Position numbers and translations under genes: made by a program. Of a stretch of 64,000 nt of DNA, positions 48,274 to 58,781 are shown piece after piece (the stretch's first letter is position 1; the number at the start of each line of letters is the position of its first letter). The notes below the pieces were generated by a model that made no database searches, was not told the origin of the DNA, and worked only from the letters and a program-made list of their open reading frames with translations. Source of the DNA: Thermoproteota archaeon (GTDB taxonomy: Archaea > Korarchaeota > Korarchaeia > Korarchaeales > Korarchaeaceae). Where the stretch lies: assembly GCA_027491735.1 (NCBI GenBank), contig JAOZGP010000004.1, forward strand, positions 1 through 64,000, read 5' to 3'.

Positions 48274-48943
48274 ACCACCCCATCTTATTCATAAACCCTA
48301 GAGATTATTTAGCTTTATGAACGATTCGTATTTGAGTTCAGCCTACATACTTAAAATTGCGTCTCTTGTCCTCCAGCTCTCGTGAGAACGCTATAACAGG
48401 TCGCCATACTCTTCAAATATCTCTGAGGCAAGTTCCTATACAATTATACTGTCCGAGGATCCCTCTACAGATGGACTCAGATAGTCTTCTAACTTGAGGG
48501 TTTGTTCGGACATGGTCGCTGGATCTCAAGGACGACATAACGGTCCTTGATCTATCTCAGTCAGCAAATCCTATATCTCTATTGCATTAGTTTGCCGAGA
48601 GAAGCAAGAGCAGATTGGCATATAGGACGAAAATTTGAGAAGAACGAGAAGGCTCTCTAAATTCCCTTTATTAGCCTCTCTAACTACTATACAAACCCTC
48701 TTGTGATAGTCGCTAGGCCTACCAGCAATCATCTCTATCTCTCTTTGCTCCCCATCATCAGTAACAGATAGTAGCTCAACTAAGGTCTCTAGAAGAGCTC
48801 TCTTCAGCCCCCTCTCATGATTCTTCTAAGCTGCTCGATGCTAAACTGTCAATAAAGACGCCCGTCATCGGTTGCGACTTCTGACGCGCGATTTGCTCAG
48901 GAGGAGAACTTTTTAGGGAGTGTGGCCTTTTCTGAAAGGAGCC

Positions 48944-50101
48944 ATGTTGCCCGAAGAATTTATGCTACCTGACTACACTAGAAGCATAGCTTGTGTAGCC
49001 CCCACGATCTCGTGGCTTCTTGGATCGAAGGCGCTGGAGGATAGACCCATTCTCGAGGAGCTCAACTACGACGTGGACAGGGTTGTCTTGTTTCTCCTTG
49101 ATGCTGCTGGCGATCTGATCGAGCCTTTACCGTTCATGCGCAGGTATGTGGATTTGACCTCGACTTTTCCCTCAACGACTGCCACAGCCCTTACGACCCT
49201 CTCCACCGGACTCCATCCGGGCGAGCATGGATGTCTGGGCTTCTCCATGTACTTCAAGGAGTTCGGAGTCGTTGGTAACATGATAAAGCTTCACCCAGCC
49301 TATGTAAGCGGCTCTGATGGATTGATAAGCATGGGTCTTAGGCCTGAAAGCTTTGGAAAAACAATATTTGAGTTGATAGATGGAAAAGCTATCTACCTTG
49401 CTGACAGAAAGATACAGGGAAGTGGTTTGTCCAAGCTAACACTCAGGGGGTCTGAGGGAAGATCATGCATAAGCCTGATCGATCTGCTGGTGTCCCTCCG
49501 AAGGGAGGTGGAGGAAGGGGATGCTCAGCTCATCTATGTCTACTGGGGATCTCTGGATACCGTGGGTCACATGAGGGGGCCCTACTCCGAGAACTTCAGG
49601 GAGGAGTTTAGACAGGTGGTGAAGCTCTTCCAGGAAGTTTTTCTTGATAGAATGAGGGGCTCTAGAAGGACTCTCATCTTGTTCCTGGGCGATCACGGGA
49701 TGTGTGACGTGAGGAACCGGATCGTGACAAACGAGAGAAAGGACATCCTGGAATCTCTGAGAATGCCCCCCACCGGAGATCTAAGGGCATCCTACCTGTA
49801 CACCGATGAAGTGGATAGGGTGAGGTCCTTGATGAGGGAGCTTGGAATGTATGTTCTCGAGAGAGGAGAAGCGATCAGATCAGGTCTCTTCGGTCGGTTT
49901 ACCGAGCAACACGAGAGCAGGGTCGGAGACCTTGTGGTAGTCCCACCGAACGGACTGGGGATGTGGCACGACTTCAGAAGAGACGGAAGGAGGGGGGAGT
50001 ATCCAGTCGGAGGACATGGAGGTCTTCACAGGAGAGAGATCAGAATAAGGTTGTGTTACGGGACCGTGGATGAGATGAGGGGTGGGGATCATTCCACCTG
50101 A
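48944..50101 (+). CDS. Alkaline phosphatase superfamily (nucleotide pyrophosphatase-like) protein
   Basis: LLDA, FPSTTA, D..GH..GP, DHG, GGHG. Confidence 0.88.
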   Translation: MLPEEFMLPDYTRSIACVAPTISWLLGSKALEDRPILEELNYDVDRVVLFLLDAAGDLIEPLPFMRRYVDLTSTFPSTTATALTTLSTGLHPGEHGCLGFSMYFKEFGVVGNMIKLHPAYVSGSDGLISMGLRPESFGKTIFELIDGKAIYLADRKIQGSGLSKLTLRGSEGRSCISLIDLLVSLRREVEEGDAQLIYVYWGSLDTVGHMRGPYSENFREEFRQVVKLFQEVFLDRMRGSRRTLILFLGDHGMCDVRNRIVTNERKDILESLRMPPTGDLRASYLYTDEVDRVRSLMRELGMYVLERGEAIRSGLFGRFTEQHESRVGDLVVVPPNGLGMWHDFRRDGRRGEYPVGGHGGLHRREIRIRLCYGTVDEMRGGDHST

Positions 50102-50733
50102 ACCACGTCGGCGTTTACCAGAAGCTTCTTCACGATATCAATGCTGAGGATATTGAGAAGCCACCAACGGTGAGGATGGGATGTGATGAGAAGTACATTG
50201 TTATCTATTTCACTGAAAGATCCTCTGAGGCAGTTGAAAGCCTCCACGACAGTCAGTACGAGAGAAGTCATCCCCTCCTGGCTGATCCTGTCGGCTTCAT
50301 TCATTGCAGCGACTGATGTGTAGCAAACATCAGTGATGGCCTTCATCCACAGGCTTGTGGATTTGGGTGCTCTTCTCTTAGACCAGACGCCCTTCCTATA
50401 TCTCTCCATCAGATGGAGCACCTCCACCACAGTGGGAATGTTCATCGCCCCCGTAGGTCTTACTGACGGATCGCCGTACGACCCTCTGAGACCACCTCTC
50501 GAGTAGATTATTAAGGTCCTCCAATCACCAAGCTTCGTGTTTAGAGAAGCTCTTCCAAATATCCTCAGGACATAACACCACTCCTGAGACATCTGCTCAT
50601 AGCTGAGGATTGCAGGGACCTCTCCCATCACCAGGAGTATGTAAAAGCCTCTCTCTCCAGCTGTCCAGCCAGATATCTCACATCCTTCCGGCAGTGCCCT
50701 TTCCAAGAAGTGTGTGACGGATCTGTACTTCAA
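50089..50733 (-). CDS. Hypothetical protein
   Basis: 214-aa ORF with RBS-like GGTGG upstream; no recognised motifs. Confidence 0.55.
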   Translation of the reverse strand: MKYRSVTHFLERALPEGCEISGWTAGERGFYILLVMGEVPAILSYEQMSQEWCYVLRIFGRASLNTKLGDWRTLIIYSRGGLRGSYGDPSVRPTGAMNIPTVVEVLHLMERYRKGVWSKRRAPKSTSLWMKAITDVCYTSVAAMNEADRISQEGMTSLVLTVVEAFNCLRGSFSEIDNNVLLITSHPHRWWLLNILSIDIVKKLLVNADVVQVE

Positions 50734-50816
50734 TCAGCACCACCTCTTCAATGGATCGTTCCTCCAGCTCAAAGAGAGCGCCTTTTTAAAAATCCTTTTT
50801 TGGACCGGAGCTGTTG

Positions 50817-51557
50817 TCAGAACTTAATCCCTCGGATCACGTACACCCTATCCAGAGGGGTCGGGCGAGAGTCGCTCACCTCAGGATCAAGGCCGCACCT
50901 CCTCATGATCGACGCCGTGAAATCCACTCCCGTTAAAGAGGACGTCGTCGTCAAGAGTTCTCCTCCATACCTCAGCAGCTTGGAGGCGTGCTTGAGCATC
51001 TTCCTCAGGATCCTCAAATCTGAGCCCCCACACCAGTTCAGGTCGAGATCATCGAGGGGCTCCACCGGAAGATAAGGAGGATTAACAATTATGTAATCCG
51101 CTTTTATGCGAGGACTTCCGAGCCTAAAGTTGGCATTAGCGTTGTTCATCTTGGCGTTTAACCTCGAGGCAGCCACGGCCACCGGATTTATGTCGTAGCC
51201 GAGGACCATCTCTGGATTGAAGTTCAAAGCAGCGTATATCGAGATCACACCAGATCCGGATCCCGCCTCCACCACCACACCTCTGGGATCAAGGTTTTTT
51301 ATCAGGAGTCCCGTGGAGCAAGTAAAGACCGGGTTAAAAACAGAGTATGGGATGTACAGGCTCATGTCACAGAACTTAAAGCATGTCCTCACTCTTGGAA
51401 CCACCTTATGTGTGATCCTCAGAAGCCATCGTGCGATCTCTGCTCTCTTCACCACCGATCCGATGAACTTGCTGGGATCCCTAAAAACCTTCACATAGTG
51501 ATTGGATCCCCTCAAACACACGGGCAAATCAATTTTTAACTTCGTACACAACAACAC
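50817..51557 (-). CDS. HemK-like class I SAM methyltransferase (true start probably further downstream)
   Basis: EAGSGSG, DINP, NPPY. Confidence 0.85.
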   Translation of the reverse strand: MLLCTKLKIDLPVCLRGSNHYVKVFRDPSKFIGSVVKRAEIARWLLRITHKVVPRVRTCFKFCDMSLYIPYSVFNPVFTCSTGLLIKNLDPRGVVVEAGSGSGVISIYAALNFNPEMVLGYDINPVAVAASRLNAKMNNANANFRLGSPRIKADYIIVNPPYLPVEPLDDLDLNWCGGSDLRILRKMLKHASKLLRYGGELLTTTSSLTGVDFTASIMRRCGLDPEVSDSRPTPLDRVYVIRGIKF

Positions 51558-51895
51558 CCCCCTCTTAAGCCTTCCTCAGCCACTCGCACCCATCCAGCCT
51601 CATAACTTCAACGATAAACGACTCATAAACATTCCACTCGTACCCCATCTTCGTCAACAAATTGGCGAGATTCTCAGCTCCTCTCTCACCTCACTTCATC
51701 CACTTGTTCTTCATTCTCTTCAGCTATATTCACTCTGGCTTGAGATCTTGTACATTCAGGACCTCAGCACCGATAAAAACAAACTAGAGGTTCCGGGAAC
51801 AAGGTAGTGGATGTCACGCTTTTCACTGCCCATGAATCAGTCCACCCCAGTGAGGATTTCAGTAGTGACGTACTCGTGTCAGAACGATGGTTCGG

Positions 51896-53419
51896 TCAGA
51901 TGGGCTCCCTATTGTTTGTGAGAAAAACCACCACTGCCGAGAACACTAACAGCTCCACAAGGAGCAGGTCCCCAGATCTCAGCGGAAGGCTAATGCCAAG
52001 AGACCATCTGATGAAGAGAGGTATCAGGGATACTGCCGTCATGACTCCCGCCACTACCATATCCACGAGCAGCATTATCAAGGTCCATCCCTGTCCCAAG
52101 GTCTGTCTAGACCAGGAGGCCATCTCTCTGGGAAGCCTCATCATGATGAGATAGGAATCCAAGAAAAGGAACCCTATTGACGATAAGAGGAAAGCTAGAG
52201 CGACTTTAGCACCGATCAGAGGGACGTCCATCATCAGGAGAAAGTACATCAGAGATATAGGGATCGCCAATACGGCCAGGGCCAGGGCCTTGGAGCGGAC
52301 GATGCTACCCTTAGTTATTGGAAGCAGGTATAAGAACCTGGAGTCGCTTCCCTCCGTTAAGTAGAGGTTTCCTACAGCAGACCCCACGGCAGTGCCCATC
52401 CAAGGCATGAGGATCAAGATCAAGGAGTACAGCTTGTGCACCGATCCGAAGAAGAAAGGTGACGCGGCAAACAGAGGGATGAAGAACACATATATGGTCG
52501 ATGCCAGCATTCTAGAGTTTCTGATGAGAAGCTTGAGGTCTTTGAAGACTGGAGAGGGTAGAGGTCCGCTCCAAAGCTTCCACTGAAGCTTCACATCTGA
52601 TCCCGGCTTTACTATCAGCATCTCAGCTGAGAGAGCCCTCCAGAATCTATCCGCTCCTGTTTTGAACAGAAGCATTGAGAAAAGGAGAAACGCCAGAGAG
52701 GAGGTTACACTCAGAGGGCTTCCAGCGGAGGCAGATCCAAAGGAGAAAGGGGGAATCGCCTCAAGAAGGTCCTTGGAGGTTTTAAGGCTGGATTGTGGTG
52801 AATGAGAGAAGGAGAAGTTGTTCACTGCCATGAATACAAAGCCGAAGCTCATAACCGCCAACCAAGCCAAGGTGCTCAGGATCCTGGAGAGAGGCCTTCC
52901 TGATAGCTTAGGACTCACGGACCCCGCAATATATCCAATTCCAACCGATAGTAGGAGAAGAGAGACTGCTTCAAGGGATCCCCACAGGATGAGATAGAGA
53001 TTGTGTGTTAAGAGGGCTCCGGCCACGGCAGCAGGTAGCACGATGAAGAGGAGTCCAATGCCTCCCCAATAGAGAACTATGTAGAGCAGGGACTTCCTTA
53101 TCTCTCTCTCATTGAGGGGGAGATAGGTCAGAGGATCCAGAAGCTTGTCGGACACCATGTTCTGAAGGGCAGGGGCCGTGGTTATGATGCCGAAGAAGAG
53201 CTCCATGAGACCGGCGAATCCCAGACCCAGAGCCGGACTTGACGTCACCATAAAGCCGAACGTAGTGGAAAACATTGAGAAGAACGCCACCGTCACTAGG
53301 TTCGACTTCAAGAGGCTCCCAGTTCCGAACGAGAGCCTTCTCATGCTCCCGGTTCTCCTCCCAGCCCTGTACTGAGCTTCTTTAGCTAGAATTTCAGATA
53401 TTCTAAACCAGTTTACCAT
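51896..53419 (-). CDS. ABC-2 type permease (about 12 TM)
   Basis: Duplicated permease halves, L.YLPL and KDLKLLIR; adjacent to ATPase. Confidence 0.75.
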   Translation of the reverse strand: MVNWFRISEILAKEAQYRAGRRTGSMRRLSFGTGSLLKSNLVTVAFFSMFSTTFGFMVTSSPALGLGFAGLMELFFGIITTAPALQNMVSDKLLDPLTYLPLNEREIRKSLLYIVLYWGGIGLLFIVLPAAVAGALLTHNLYLILWGSLEAVSLLLLSVGIGYIAGSVSPKLSGRPLSRILSTLAWLAVMSFGFVFMAVNNFSFSHSPQSSLKTSKDLLEAIPPFSFGSASAGSPLSVTSSLAFLLFSMLLFKTGADRFWRALSAEMLIVKPGSDVKLQWKLWSGPLPSPVFKDLKLLIRNSRMLASTIYVFFIPLFAASPFFFGSVHKLYSLILILMPWMGTAVGSAVGNLYLTEGSDSRFLYLLPITKGSIVRSKALALAVLAIPISLMYFLLMMDVPLIGAKVALAFLLSSIGFLFLDSYLIMMRLPREMASWSRQTLGQGWTLIMLLVDMVVAGVMTAVSLIPLFIRWSLGISLPLRSGDLLLVELLVFSAVVVFLTNNREPI

Positions 53420-54178
53420 TTAGGCACCCCATAGGGTATCCAGAAGTTCCTTCAGATCGCTCTCAAGTCCCGTGACCTTCATGAAGATGGACTCGAGATC
53501 GGCAGCCCTCACCTTGTTTCTGAGCTCATCTGTGGATCCTTTGGCCACCAGCTTGCCCTTGTACACTATGGTCACCTCATCCGCCACCGCTTCGGCTATC
53601 TCAAGAACATGAGTGGAGAAGATCACCGTATTTCCTTCGTTCGCGTACTTTCTCATCATCTCCTTCAACACACGACCCACTTCGGGATCTAGACCTGAGA
53701 AGGGCTCGTCCAGTATCAGAACCTTGGGATTGTGGAATAAAGCTGAGGCCACAAGAATTTTTCTCTTGTTTCCATGGCTCAGCTCACCTATCAGCTTGTT
53801 CATGTTCTCCTCCATCTTGAAGAGCTTTGCTAGAAATCTAATTCTTTGCTCCGCCTCCTCTCTCGGAATACCGTAGACCTCGCGTAGAAAGGAGAAGAGC
53901 TCGGTCAGTGTGAGGCTCTCGTACAATATTATCTCCTCAGGAGCGTAGCCAACAACCCTTCTGACCTTCAAGGCATCACTGATGGGGTTCATTCCGTCGA
54001 CCAAGACCTCACCGGAGTCAGGCCTCACGACGCCCAAGGCCATCTTCATCATCGTGCTTTTTCCGGACCCGTTCGGACCTAGGAGTGCGTTTATCCTACC
54101 TGCGTCGAACTTAACGGAGATTCCGTCAACGGCCACCACGCCGCCATATCTCTTGACGACGTTTCTGTACTCAAGCAT
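53420..54178 (-). CDS. ABC transporter ATP-binding protein
   Basis: GPNGSGKST, LSHG, LILDEP. Confidence 0.92.
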   Translation of the reverse strand: MLEYRNVVKRYGGVVAVDGISVKFDAGRINALLGPNGSGKSTMMKMALGVVRPDSGEVLVDGMNPISDALKVRRVVGYAPEEIILYESLTLTELFSFLREVYGIPREEAEQRIRFLAKLFKMEENMNKLIGELSHGNKRKILVASALFHNPKVLILDEPFSGLDPEVGRVLKEMMRKYANEGNTVIFSTHVLEIAEAVADEVTIVYKGKLVAKGSTDELRNKVRAADLESIFMKVTGLESDLKELLDTLWGA

Positions 54179-54279
54179 TACTACCTGCTGAACGATCCGG
54201 AAGAGTTTTATAAATTTTTTACAAATGATCTGGAAATCCGACTCAGGTCATTGCCTCCCCGGTTGGGATGTGGCCGGCA

Positions 54280-54876
54280 TCAGATCTCTGAGAACTTAGC
54301 GGTCCAGCTATCGAAGTCCACAACAGCACATCTTCCCTGAAAGGCAGGTCCAGGGTTGACTACCACGGTTTCCCAGAGAGTGAAAATTGCTGGGCTCTCA
54401 TGCACGTGTCCACACAGACATAATCTCGGCTTGAGCTCTCTGATGACCCTCCTGACTCTTTTGCTCCCCACATGTCGACCGATGAATGCCAGATCCGCCT
54501 CCGTGTTTAAGGGTGGAATGTGGGACACCAATACCCACTCATCATCCGGGCTCACGAGGCTGAACAATCTTTCCTCGTCCTTCTTCTCAGTATAGGGACC
54601 CATACCAGCGAATTTAACACCATGAAGCTCGATCGTCTTTCCATCAAGCAGGATCCCGAGCTCCTCTGCTACATCCACAACCGAGTAAGGGTCCATGTTC
54701 CCCGATGAGTATAAGGTGTTGAAGCTCGATGTCAGCTCTCTCAGGACTGAGGTGCTCTCCACGTCACCGCTCATAACTATTAGCTCTGCTCCGATCCTTT
54801 TAGCTGCCTCAACAATCCTACTAGCAGCGACTCTGGCGTGCACATCGGAAATGTGCAGGGCCCTCATGTAGATCAC
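54280..54876 (-). CDS. Metallophosphoesterase
   Basis: SDVH, GD, GNMD, SHIPP, GHVHE, NPG. Confidence 0.9.
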   Translation of the reverse strand: MIYMRALHISDVHARVAASRIVEAAKRIGAELIVMSGDVESTSVLRELTSSFNTLYSSGNMDPYSVVDVAEELGILLDGKTIELHGVKFAGMGPYTEKKDEERLFSLVSPDDEWVLVSHIPPLNTEADLAFIGRHVGSKRVRRVIRELKPRLCLCGHVHESPAIFTLWETVVVNPGPAFQGRCAVVDFDSWTAKFSEI

Positions 54877-54877
54877 C

Positions 54878-55630
54878 TCATGTAAGATCTCCGCAGGAGC
54901 ACCAGACCTCCTTGAGAAGATCCATCAGATTATTAAAGCCTGCGGACTTCAGAGCGGATATCCCTACCACCCTCACAGGCCTGAAGAAGGAGGAGATTGC
55001 CTTGATGAGTTCTCTGAGAACCTCTCCTATTACCCCTTCAACAGTGAGATCTCCAGACATAACGGCGGACCAGATCCTTCTAGCATCTATATCTCCCCAG
55101 AGATCACTCTTATTGACTGTGGGGATAACTGGCACCGCTAACTTGAGCTCAACAAGCCTGGACATCATCGCTGCAAAGGCTGCATCCTCGGCTTCTCTCC
55201 CCAGCTCATGGTCACCGAGAAATACCCCGACCAAGGGACATGTCCTAGATATCGTCTCAGCTATTCTCCTGCCGGTGGGCCTCAAGGCGAAGAGGTCCAT
55301 CTGACCAGGCGTGTCCACTATCACGTAGTCACAGTCCATGGATCCTATCCTTTCGACCAGCTCTTCGGAGATCTCGAGGATGAGATCCATGCACCTCAGC
55401 AGCGCACCGTTCGGTCCAAGCCCCTCCTCTCTCATCAACTTCCTCAAGCTGACGTAGTTCCTGATGTCTATATCCGGGGAGTATGGGAGCACCTCAGCTC
55501 CAGGATCCATGTTCATAGTTCTGACAGTCACTTCGTACTCCTTTGAGAGCCACCTGCTCAGAGAACCTGTTAACGTACTCTTTCCCGATCCAGCAACTCC
55601 TAAAATTAGAATCCCTTCCATACTCCTCAC
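54878..55630 (-). CDS. GPN-loop GTPase
   Basis: GVAGSGKST, LGPNG, DTPGQ, NKSD. Confidence 0.9.
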   Translation of the reverse strand: MRSMEGILILGVAGSGKSTLTGSLSRWLSKEYEVTVRTMNMDPGAEVLPYSPDIDIRNYVSLRKLMREEGLGPNGALLRCMDLILEISEELVERIGSMDCDYVIVDTPGQMDLFALRPTGRRIAETISRTCPLVGVFLGDHELGREAEDAAFAAMMSRLVELKLAVPVIPTVNKSDLWGDIDARRIWSAVMSGDLTVEGVIGEVLRELIKAISSFFRPVRVVGISALKSAGFNNLMDLLKEVWCSCGDLT

Positions 55631-55711
55631 TCCGCGACCATCTCGATATGCTCCGAATCCAGGCGAAAAGGTTATCTGTAGTACTATCTGTGAAAGGTTT
55701 GGGTGGAAGGA

Positions 55712-55900
55712 TTGTGTGAGGGCATCGCATACCTGCTCAGAGAGGATAACAAAGAAAGGCTGATGGATGAGGTCGCCTATCTTGAGGTTAAGGAAGACGA
55801 ACTTATTCTTATAAACGAGGATGGTATCAGGAGAGTTTTAGACAGGTTCAAGGAGATCAGGGTCGACATGATCAAGCATGAGATCATCGTAGTTCCCTGA
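55712..55900 (+). CDS. cooT: CooT-like nickel-binding small protein
   Basis: (M)CEGIAYL start and VDMIKHEI end. Confidence 0.7.
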   Translation: MCEGIAYLLREDNKERLMDEVAYLEVKEDELILINEDGIRRVLDRFKEIRVDMIKHEIIVVP

Positions 55901-56270
55901 GGGGGTAACGAACTAGTTTCCATGAGCCGACTGGGTGGTTGTGGGAGCTGTCTGAGGTTATTGTCATGCCAGATAGCGTGAGCTGGCACTTGTAATTGTT
56001 CAGAGGTCGTAAGGCATGATTAAAGCTGCTGGAAGGCTTGGCAATTCTAGTTAACGAAAAAACGGACTGGAAGTAGGTCAACAAAGCCCATCGCGAGTTC
56101 GTTGGGAGAGTTTCCTGTGAACACCCTGAAACTCATCAGATAGATCCATCTAGGACGCACTCTCTCAAGGAAGGCGCCGAACTACATTCAAGTCCCGGTC
56201 TCGATCTGATGTGGAGCTTACTTCTCGTTATGAGAACTTGAAGTTGACGAGCCTCCTTCCGTGATGTCGC

Positions 56271-56296
56271 AAACTAGTATATTTATATACTGGTTT
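56271..56296. promoter_or_regulatory. Inverted-repeat operator overlapping a TATA box
   Basis: AAACTAGTATAT-TT-ATATACTGGTTT (11/12 matched arms) just upstream of the wHTH gene. Confidence 0.65.
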
Positions 56297-56309
56297 ATCT
56301 ATTAACTGG

Positions 56310-56714
56310 TTGATGCCGTTCCGTCCGGTCCACGGGAAGATACTCGATGTCCTGGCAGCCCACCCACAGGGGCTGTGCTTCAACAGCCTCAGCCAGAAAC
56401 TTAAGGGGGTAATCTCAAGAGTTGTCCTGCTCAAGGAGGTCAAGAGACTTGAGGACGCTGGTGTCATCGTTGTGGAGAGGGATCCAGGTCATAAGCAGAG
56501 GAAGATATTCAAGCTTGCATCATCGGTGAGAGATCTACTGTTATTTTTGGGTGAGGAGATCAGGTCTGGCGAGAGAAAAGCCTGTGATATAGCTGTTGAT
56601 CTGATAAACAGGTACGCCAGCATCAAGAGCGGTTTGAGGAACGAGTTCCTCAAGGAATATCTAAAGTACTCTGTCCTGACGAGAATTGAGGTTCTGATGG
56701 AGGAGGTGGCTTAG
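56310..56714 (+). CDS. Winged-helix (MarR/HxlR-like) regulator
   Basis: FNSL..LKG.ISR..L...VKRLEDAG.I. Confidence 0.75.
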   Translation: MMPFRPVHGKILDVLAAHPQGLCFNSLSQKLKGVISRVVLLKEVKRLEDAGVIVVERDPGHKQRKIFKLASSVRDLLLFLGEEIRSGERKACDIAVDLINRYASIKSGLRNEFLKEYLKYSVLTRIEVLMEEVA

Positions 56715-56975
56715 ATGTCGTCGGAGGTCTCCGTCGTGGTGGAGAGGGTAGACGATCAGGTGTTGGAGAAGCTCATTGGGTTAGCCATGTCCAGCCGGAG
56801 AATCAACATATACCTCAATGGAATTCCCTCTGAGATCATCAAGGCCCTCAGATCGGTGATAACCTCCAATACATCAAGATCAATCAGGTTATACTGCTCA
56901 ATCCCAGAGGATCCTCCTGGAGAGGTGATAAGGTTTCCTCCAGTGAGCCGGCAGGGAGAACGTTGCGAAGCATGA
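56715..56975 (+). CDS. Hypothetical protein
   Basis: RBS GGAGGTGG; operonic between the regulator and the radical SAM gene. Confidence 0.6.
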   Translation: MSSEVSVVVERVDDQVLEKLIGLAMSSRRINIYLNGIPSEIIKALRSVITSNTSRSIRLYCSIPEDPPGEVIRFPPVSRQGERCEA

Positions 56976-56987
56976 GGAGGTGATGTC

Positions 56988-58490
56988 ATGCATGACGTGG
57001 TTCTCTCAGCAGACAGGACGATGATGTCGAACCATCATGGGAAGGAGTTCCTCGGCTTCGTCGCAACAGGCCCCCCAGTGGGGATTCCGGAGTTCCTTTG
57101 GATGTGGGTAGCCGCTCCGAAGATGAAGGTCGATGATGAGGGAAGGGTTTGGCAGGCTCCTTACGGGATCAGGAAAATAGAGGCCGCCCTGTCGGACGCC
57201 GGTTTCGACGTCGCCACAATAGATCCGGATCATCTCCACAAGCACATACCAGGGGCGAAGGTTCTGGCGATAGGGCATCATGACTACTTCTCCCTCGGTC
57301 CCCCAAGCAGTGAGTGGTGGGTGTTGACCAGGAAGGAACCGGTGAACAGGAAGAGCTTCATCAAGTTCATGGAGAAGCCCGAGATAAGGAAGGGGAAGGA
57401 AAAAGGAATGAAGATAATAGTTGGAGGACCTGCAGCTTGGCAGTGGATCTGGGCTCCTGAGTACATAGACAGGTGGGGGATCGACTGTATAGTGGATGGG
57501 GAGGCCGATAAGGTTATAGTTGATCTCGTTGAGAAGGCCATGAACGACAAAGATCTCCCCCTTTACGTTCAGGTCGGTGTTGATGAGGTCCCCTCACTTG
57601 AGGAGATTCCTCTGATAAAGCACGCATCCGTAAATGGGCTTGTGGAGATAATGAGGGGATGCCCAAGGGGGTGTAAGTTCTGCTCGGTGACGCTCAGGCC
57701 TCTCAGATGCTACACGCTCGACATGATTGAGGAGGAGTTAAAGGTTAACGCCAGAGAGGGAGTCAAGGGATGCATCCTGCACTCAGAGGACGTCCTGCTC
57801 TATGGAGCAGATGGTGTGAAGCCGAGACCTGGACCCCTCCTTAAGCTCCACAGACTCGCCAAGAAGTACTCAAATCAGGTGGGGTGGAGTCACTTCAGCC
57901 TCGCGGCAGTCAAGTACGCTGAGGACAACTACGGACTGGTGAGCAGGCTTTCTGAGATGCTCAGGGAGGATCAGGATGACTTCATAGGGGTCGAGGTTGG
58001 AGTGGAAACTGGATCTCCAAGGCTCGCCAGGAGGATAATGCCTGCGAAGTCCCTTCCGTATCCAGCGGACCTATGGCCGGAGGTTGTCGTTGACGCCTTC
58101 GCCATAATGCACGATGCTCACGTGATACCGGCGGCAACCCTGATAATAGGCCTCCCGGAGGAGACTCCTGATGATATAATAAAGACCATAGAACTCGTTG
58201 AGGACCTTAAGGAATTTAGAAGTCTTATAGTTCCCATGTACTTCGTTCCTATGGGTGCTCTTAGGGGTAGGGACTGGTACAAGGTCCAACCGACAGATGA
58301 GCAGATGGATCTCATGAAGATCTGTCTCAGCCACGACCTATATTGGGTGGAGGGCATGATCGAGTGGTACTTCAGAAACTCAAATCCGCTCCTTAGGAAG
58401 GCGGTTAGGATGTTCATATCGTTCGTGAAGAAGGTTGCTAGATCGCATGGAATAGCTTTTGAGGAGGATATCAGAGTTGCTGTCAAGTGA
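56988..58490 (+). CDS. Radical SAM protein of the archaeal tetraether-lipid-modifying Grs/Gms-like family
   Basis: L.ADRT.MS, APYGIRKIEA, GGPAAWQ, RGCPRGCKFC, GVETGS, IVPMYFVP. Confidence 0.7.
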   Translation: MHDVVLSADRTMMSNHHGKEFLGFVATGPPVGIPEFLWMWVAAPKMKVDDEGRVWQAPYGIRKIEAALSDAGFDVATIDPDHLHKHIPGAKVLAIGHHDYFSLGPPSSEWWVLTRKEPVNRKSFIKFMEKPEIRKGKEKGMKIIVGGPAAWQWIWAPEYIDRWGIDCIVDGEADKVIVDLVEKAMNDKDLPLYVQVGVDEVPSLEEIPLIKHASVNGLVEIMRGCPRGCKFCSVTLRPLRCYTLDMIEEELKVNAREGVKGCILHSEDVLLYGADGVKPRPGPLLKLHRLAKKYSNQVGWSHFSLAAVKYAEDNYGLVSRLSEMLREDQDDFIGVEVGVETGSPRLARRIMPAKSLPYPADLWPEVVVDAFAIMHDAHVIPAATLIIGLPEETPDDIIKTIELVEDLKEFRSLIVPMYFVPMGALRGRDWYKVQPTDEQMDLMKICLSHDLYWVEGMIEWYFRNSNPLLRKAVRMFISFVKKVARSHGIAFEEDIRVAVK

Positions 58491-58781
58491 GTCTTGGGAT
58501 GAACGCTGGAATAAGGAGAGTTGCTCATGCTGTTAGTTATTTGACACCAGTGAGGAATCTTGCTGGAGAAATTCCTAGCAACCGGTAGCATCTAGAGACT
58601 ATTCTTACCAAAAAGTCACTAAGAAATCTCATGAATTCATGAGGTGAGTTAGGGAAGGTGTGAAAGCTAAGTTCAAGAGCGCATCGATGAGACTGCAGAA
58701 AAAACGCGCGATGCCATGACCTTAGCCCTGCCCTGATCCATCCTCTCACAGGAGGTTTTCTTAGCAATATTCCGTAAAAAT

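Noticed and set aside
48944-50101. BREX PglZ partner for brxL
   Set aside because: Stand-alone alkaline-phosphatase-fold protein far from brxL with host-like base composition
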